Origin: Neptunomonas sp.
GTDB taxonomy: Bacteria > Pseudomonadota > Gammaproteobacteria > Pseudomonadales > Balneatricaceae
Length of the DNA stretch: 64,000 nucleotides
Direction of reading: 5' to 3'
NCBI GenBank assembly: GCA_034110685.1
Contig: JAWUYS010000002.1
Location: 6,692 to 70,691 of the forward strand
Notes under the pieces: model-generated
Told to the model about the DNA's origin: nothing
Databases searched by the model: none
What the model saw: only the letters and a program-made list of their open reading frames with translations
Translations under genes and position numbers: made by a program
In this document: positions 62,663 to 64,000 of the stretch, piece by piece
Numbering within the stretch: the first letter of the stretch is position 1
Layout: every line of letters starts with the position of its first letter

Positions 62663-63691
62663 TTAGGAAAACGAAGTAAGCTGAAGGCGCTTGCCAGAGA
62701 GGGTGATAGTAATATCAGATAACATTAGCCAAGGTGAGCCTGTCGCCATGCCTTTAATGACTTTATCGAGCTGTTGGCTAGTTTTTAAAAGGTCTTCTAG
62801 TGTGGTTAGGCTTAAGCGCTCGGCACAACGGCGCAGTGTTTGTTTGCGCTTGCCCCAAATGCGCTCTTTTTGGCAAATGGTGTCGTATGCTAAACCGCGC
62901 TCCAGACCTTGGCTAATTGCATATAGCGTTCTAATTTCTCGGGTTAATGCCCATAAAACAATAGGGGGCTCGATTCCTTCTTGGCGCAGTACATTTAGAA
63001 TTTTGATGCATCGCTCACTTTGCCCTAGCGCAATGGTATCCATAAGCCCGTAAACATCGTAGCGAGAGTTATCAGATACAGCGTCGACTATCTGTTCTGC
63101 TGTGAGGACGCCATTTGGGTGTAGTAAGTGGAGTTTGTCGAGTTCTTGTTTGGCTGCCAGTAAGTTGCCTTCGACGCGGTCGCATAGTAGTTGTACAGCG
63201 CTATCATCAAGCTGCATTTTTTTACTGCTAGCGCGGTGTCTTATCCATCCGGGGAGTTGGTTTATTTCAACAGGCCAGATCTCTACGCAAACACCTTTTT
63301 GTTCAATCGCTTTATGCCATGCAGATTTTTTGGCGCCGCCATCCAGTTTATCAGCAATAATTAGCAGAATGTTTTCAGGAGGTGCATGTGCAATGTACTC
63401 TTGAATAATATCGCTGGCAGCTTTGTTGATCTTATGACTGCCTAGCCGGATCTCAATAAGCTTTTGTTCAGCAAAAAGAGAAAGGGCGTTGGCGCACTCA
63501 AGTAAGTATTCCCATTTGAACTGCCCTTCAACATGTAGGACTTCACGCTCGCTAAAGCCTTTCTGACGAAACGCACTGCGTAATTGATCGCAACACTCAG
63601 CACTGATCAGTGGCTCATCACCAGATATCAAGTAAACAGGTGCATGTGATTGTTGCAGGTGCCCTGTTAGCTGTTCGACAGAAAGTTTCAT
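62663..63691 (-). CDS. holA: DNA polymerase III delta subunit
   Basis: VYLISGDEPL, LSLFA and EGNLLAAKQELDKL; downstream of lptE. Confidence 0.96.
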   Translation of the reverse strand: MKLSVEQLTGHLQQSHAPVYLISGDEPLISAECCDQLRSAFRQKGFSEREVLHVEGQFKWEYLLECANALSLFAEQKLIEIRLGSHKINKAASDIIQEYIAHAPPENILLIIADKLDGGAKKSAWHKAIEQKGVCVEIWPVEINQLPGWIRHRASSKKMQLDDSAVQLLCDRVEGNLLAAKQELDKLHLLHPNGVLTAEQIVDAVSDNSRYDVYGLMDTIALGQSERCIKILNVLRQEGIEPPIVLWALTREIRTLYAISQGLERGLAYDTICQKERIWGKRKQTLRRCAERLSLTTLEDLLKTSQQLDKVIKGMATGSPWLMLSDITITLSGKRLQLTSFS

Positions 63692-63710
63692 GTATGACTA
63701 TCTCACAGCA

Positions 63711-63998
63711 TTAGCGTGTTTGTGCAACGAATTGACGAACAACACGTTCAGAAATTGATTGCCACATCTCGGAACGAATCTCTTTCTCAAGTGTGTAGCT
63801 GGCAGTAGCGGCGTCGGCATCATAGTCATAGATACGTTCAATGCGTGCGTCTAGCTGACCAGAGATGGATTTTCCCTCTGTGTTCAGTACTTCAAACTTC
63901 ACCAGCATCAGAATTTCATACTCATCAACATTCGCTTTTCGGTCTAATGTGATGGAGCGGCGATTTTCTTTTACTTGCTTGATGACTAGTTGGTAGGG
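63711..63998 (-). CDS. lptE: LPS assembly lipoprotein LptE (5'-truncated by window edge)
   Basis: Frame open to the window end (PYQLVIKQVKENRRSITLD..VDEYEIL..ERIYDYD..EKEIRSEM); immediately upstream of holA as in leuS-lptE-holA. Confidence 0.8.
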   Translation of the reverse strand, partial: PYQLVIKQVKENRRSITLDRKANVDEYEILMLVKFEVLNTEGKSISGQLDARIERIYDYDADAATASYTLEKEIRSEMWQSISERVVRQFVAQTR

Positions 63999-64000
63999 CG

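Overview
About 64 kb of a gammaproteobacterial chromosome. The gene order resembles Pseudomonas/Oceanospirillales; a marine Oceanospirillaceae host is a guess from synteny and is not proven. Most of the window is core genome: grpE-dnaK-dnaJ-cysE-dapB; yfjD-ypjD/ffh; rpsP-rimM-trmD-rplS; xerD-dsbC; hom-thrC; recJ; nfo; nudF-yqiB-cpdA-yqiA-parE-parC; proA-nadD-rsfS-rlmH-mrdA-rodA-mltB-rlpA-dac-dat-ybeD-lipB-lipA; holA-lptE. The main accessory feature is a 7-gene V/A-type ATPase operon (7170-14703) of the reduced Chlamydia/Borrelia/Bacteroides type. Its order, B-D-I-K-E-X-A, is a circular permutation of the usual E-X-A-B-D-I-K. Its c subunit keeps the Na+-binding residues, and it has a possibly structured leader. 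Other notable points: a 60-aa protein between recJ and nfo ending in a ribonucleotide-reductase-like dithiol tail (DDCLGGACKL); a RapA-like EAL-CBS-GGDEF gene preceded by Pho-box-like repeats; cysE inserted between dnaJ and dapB; and a dnaJ leader that can pair over the start codon. I saw no rRNA, tRNA, CRISPR array, transposase or prophage. All calls come from reading motifs by eye; no searches were run.
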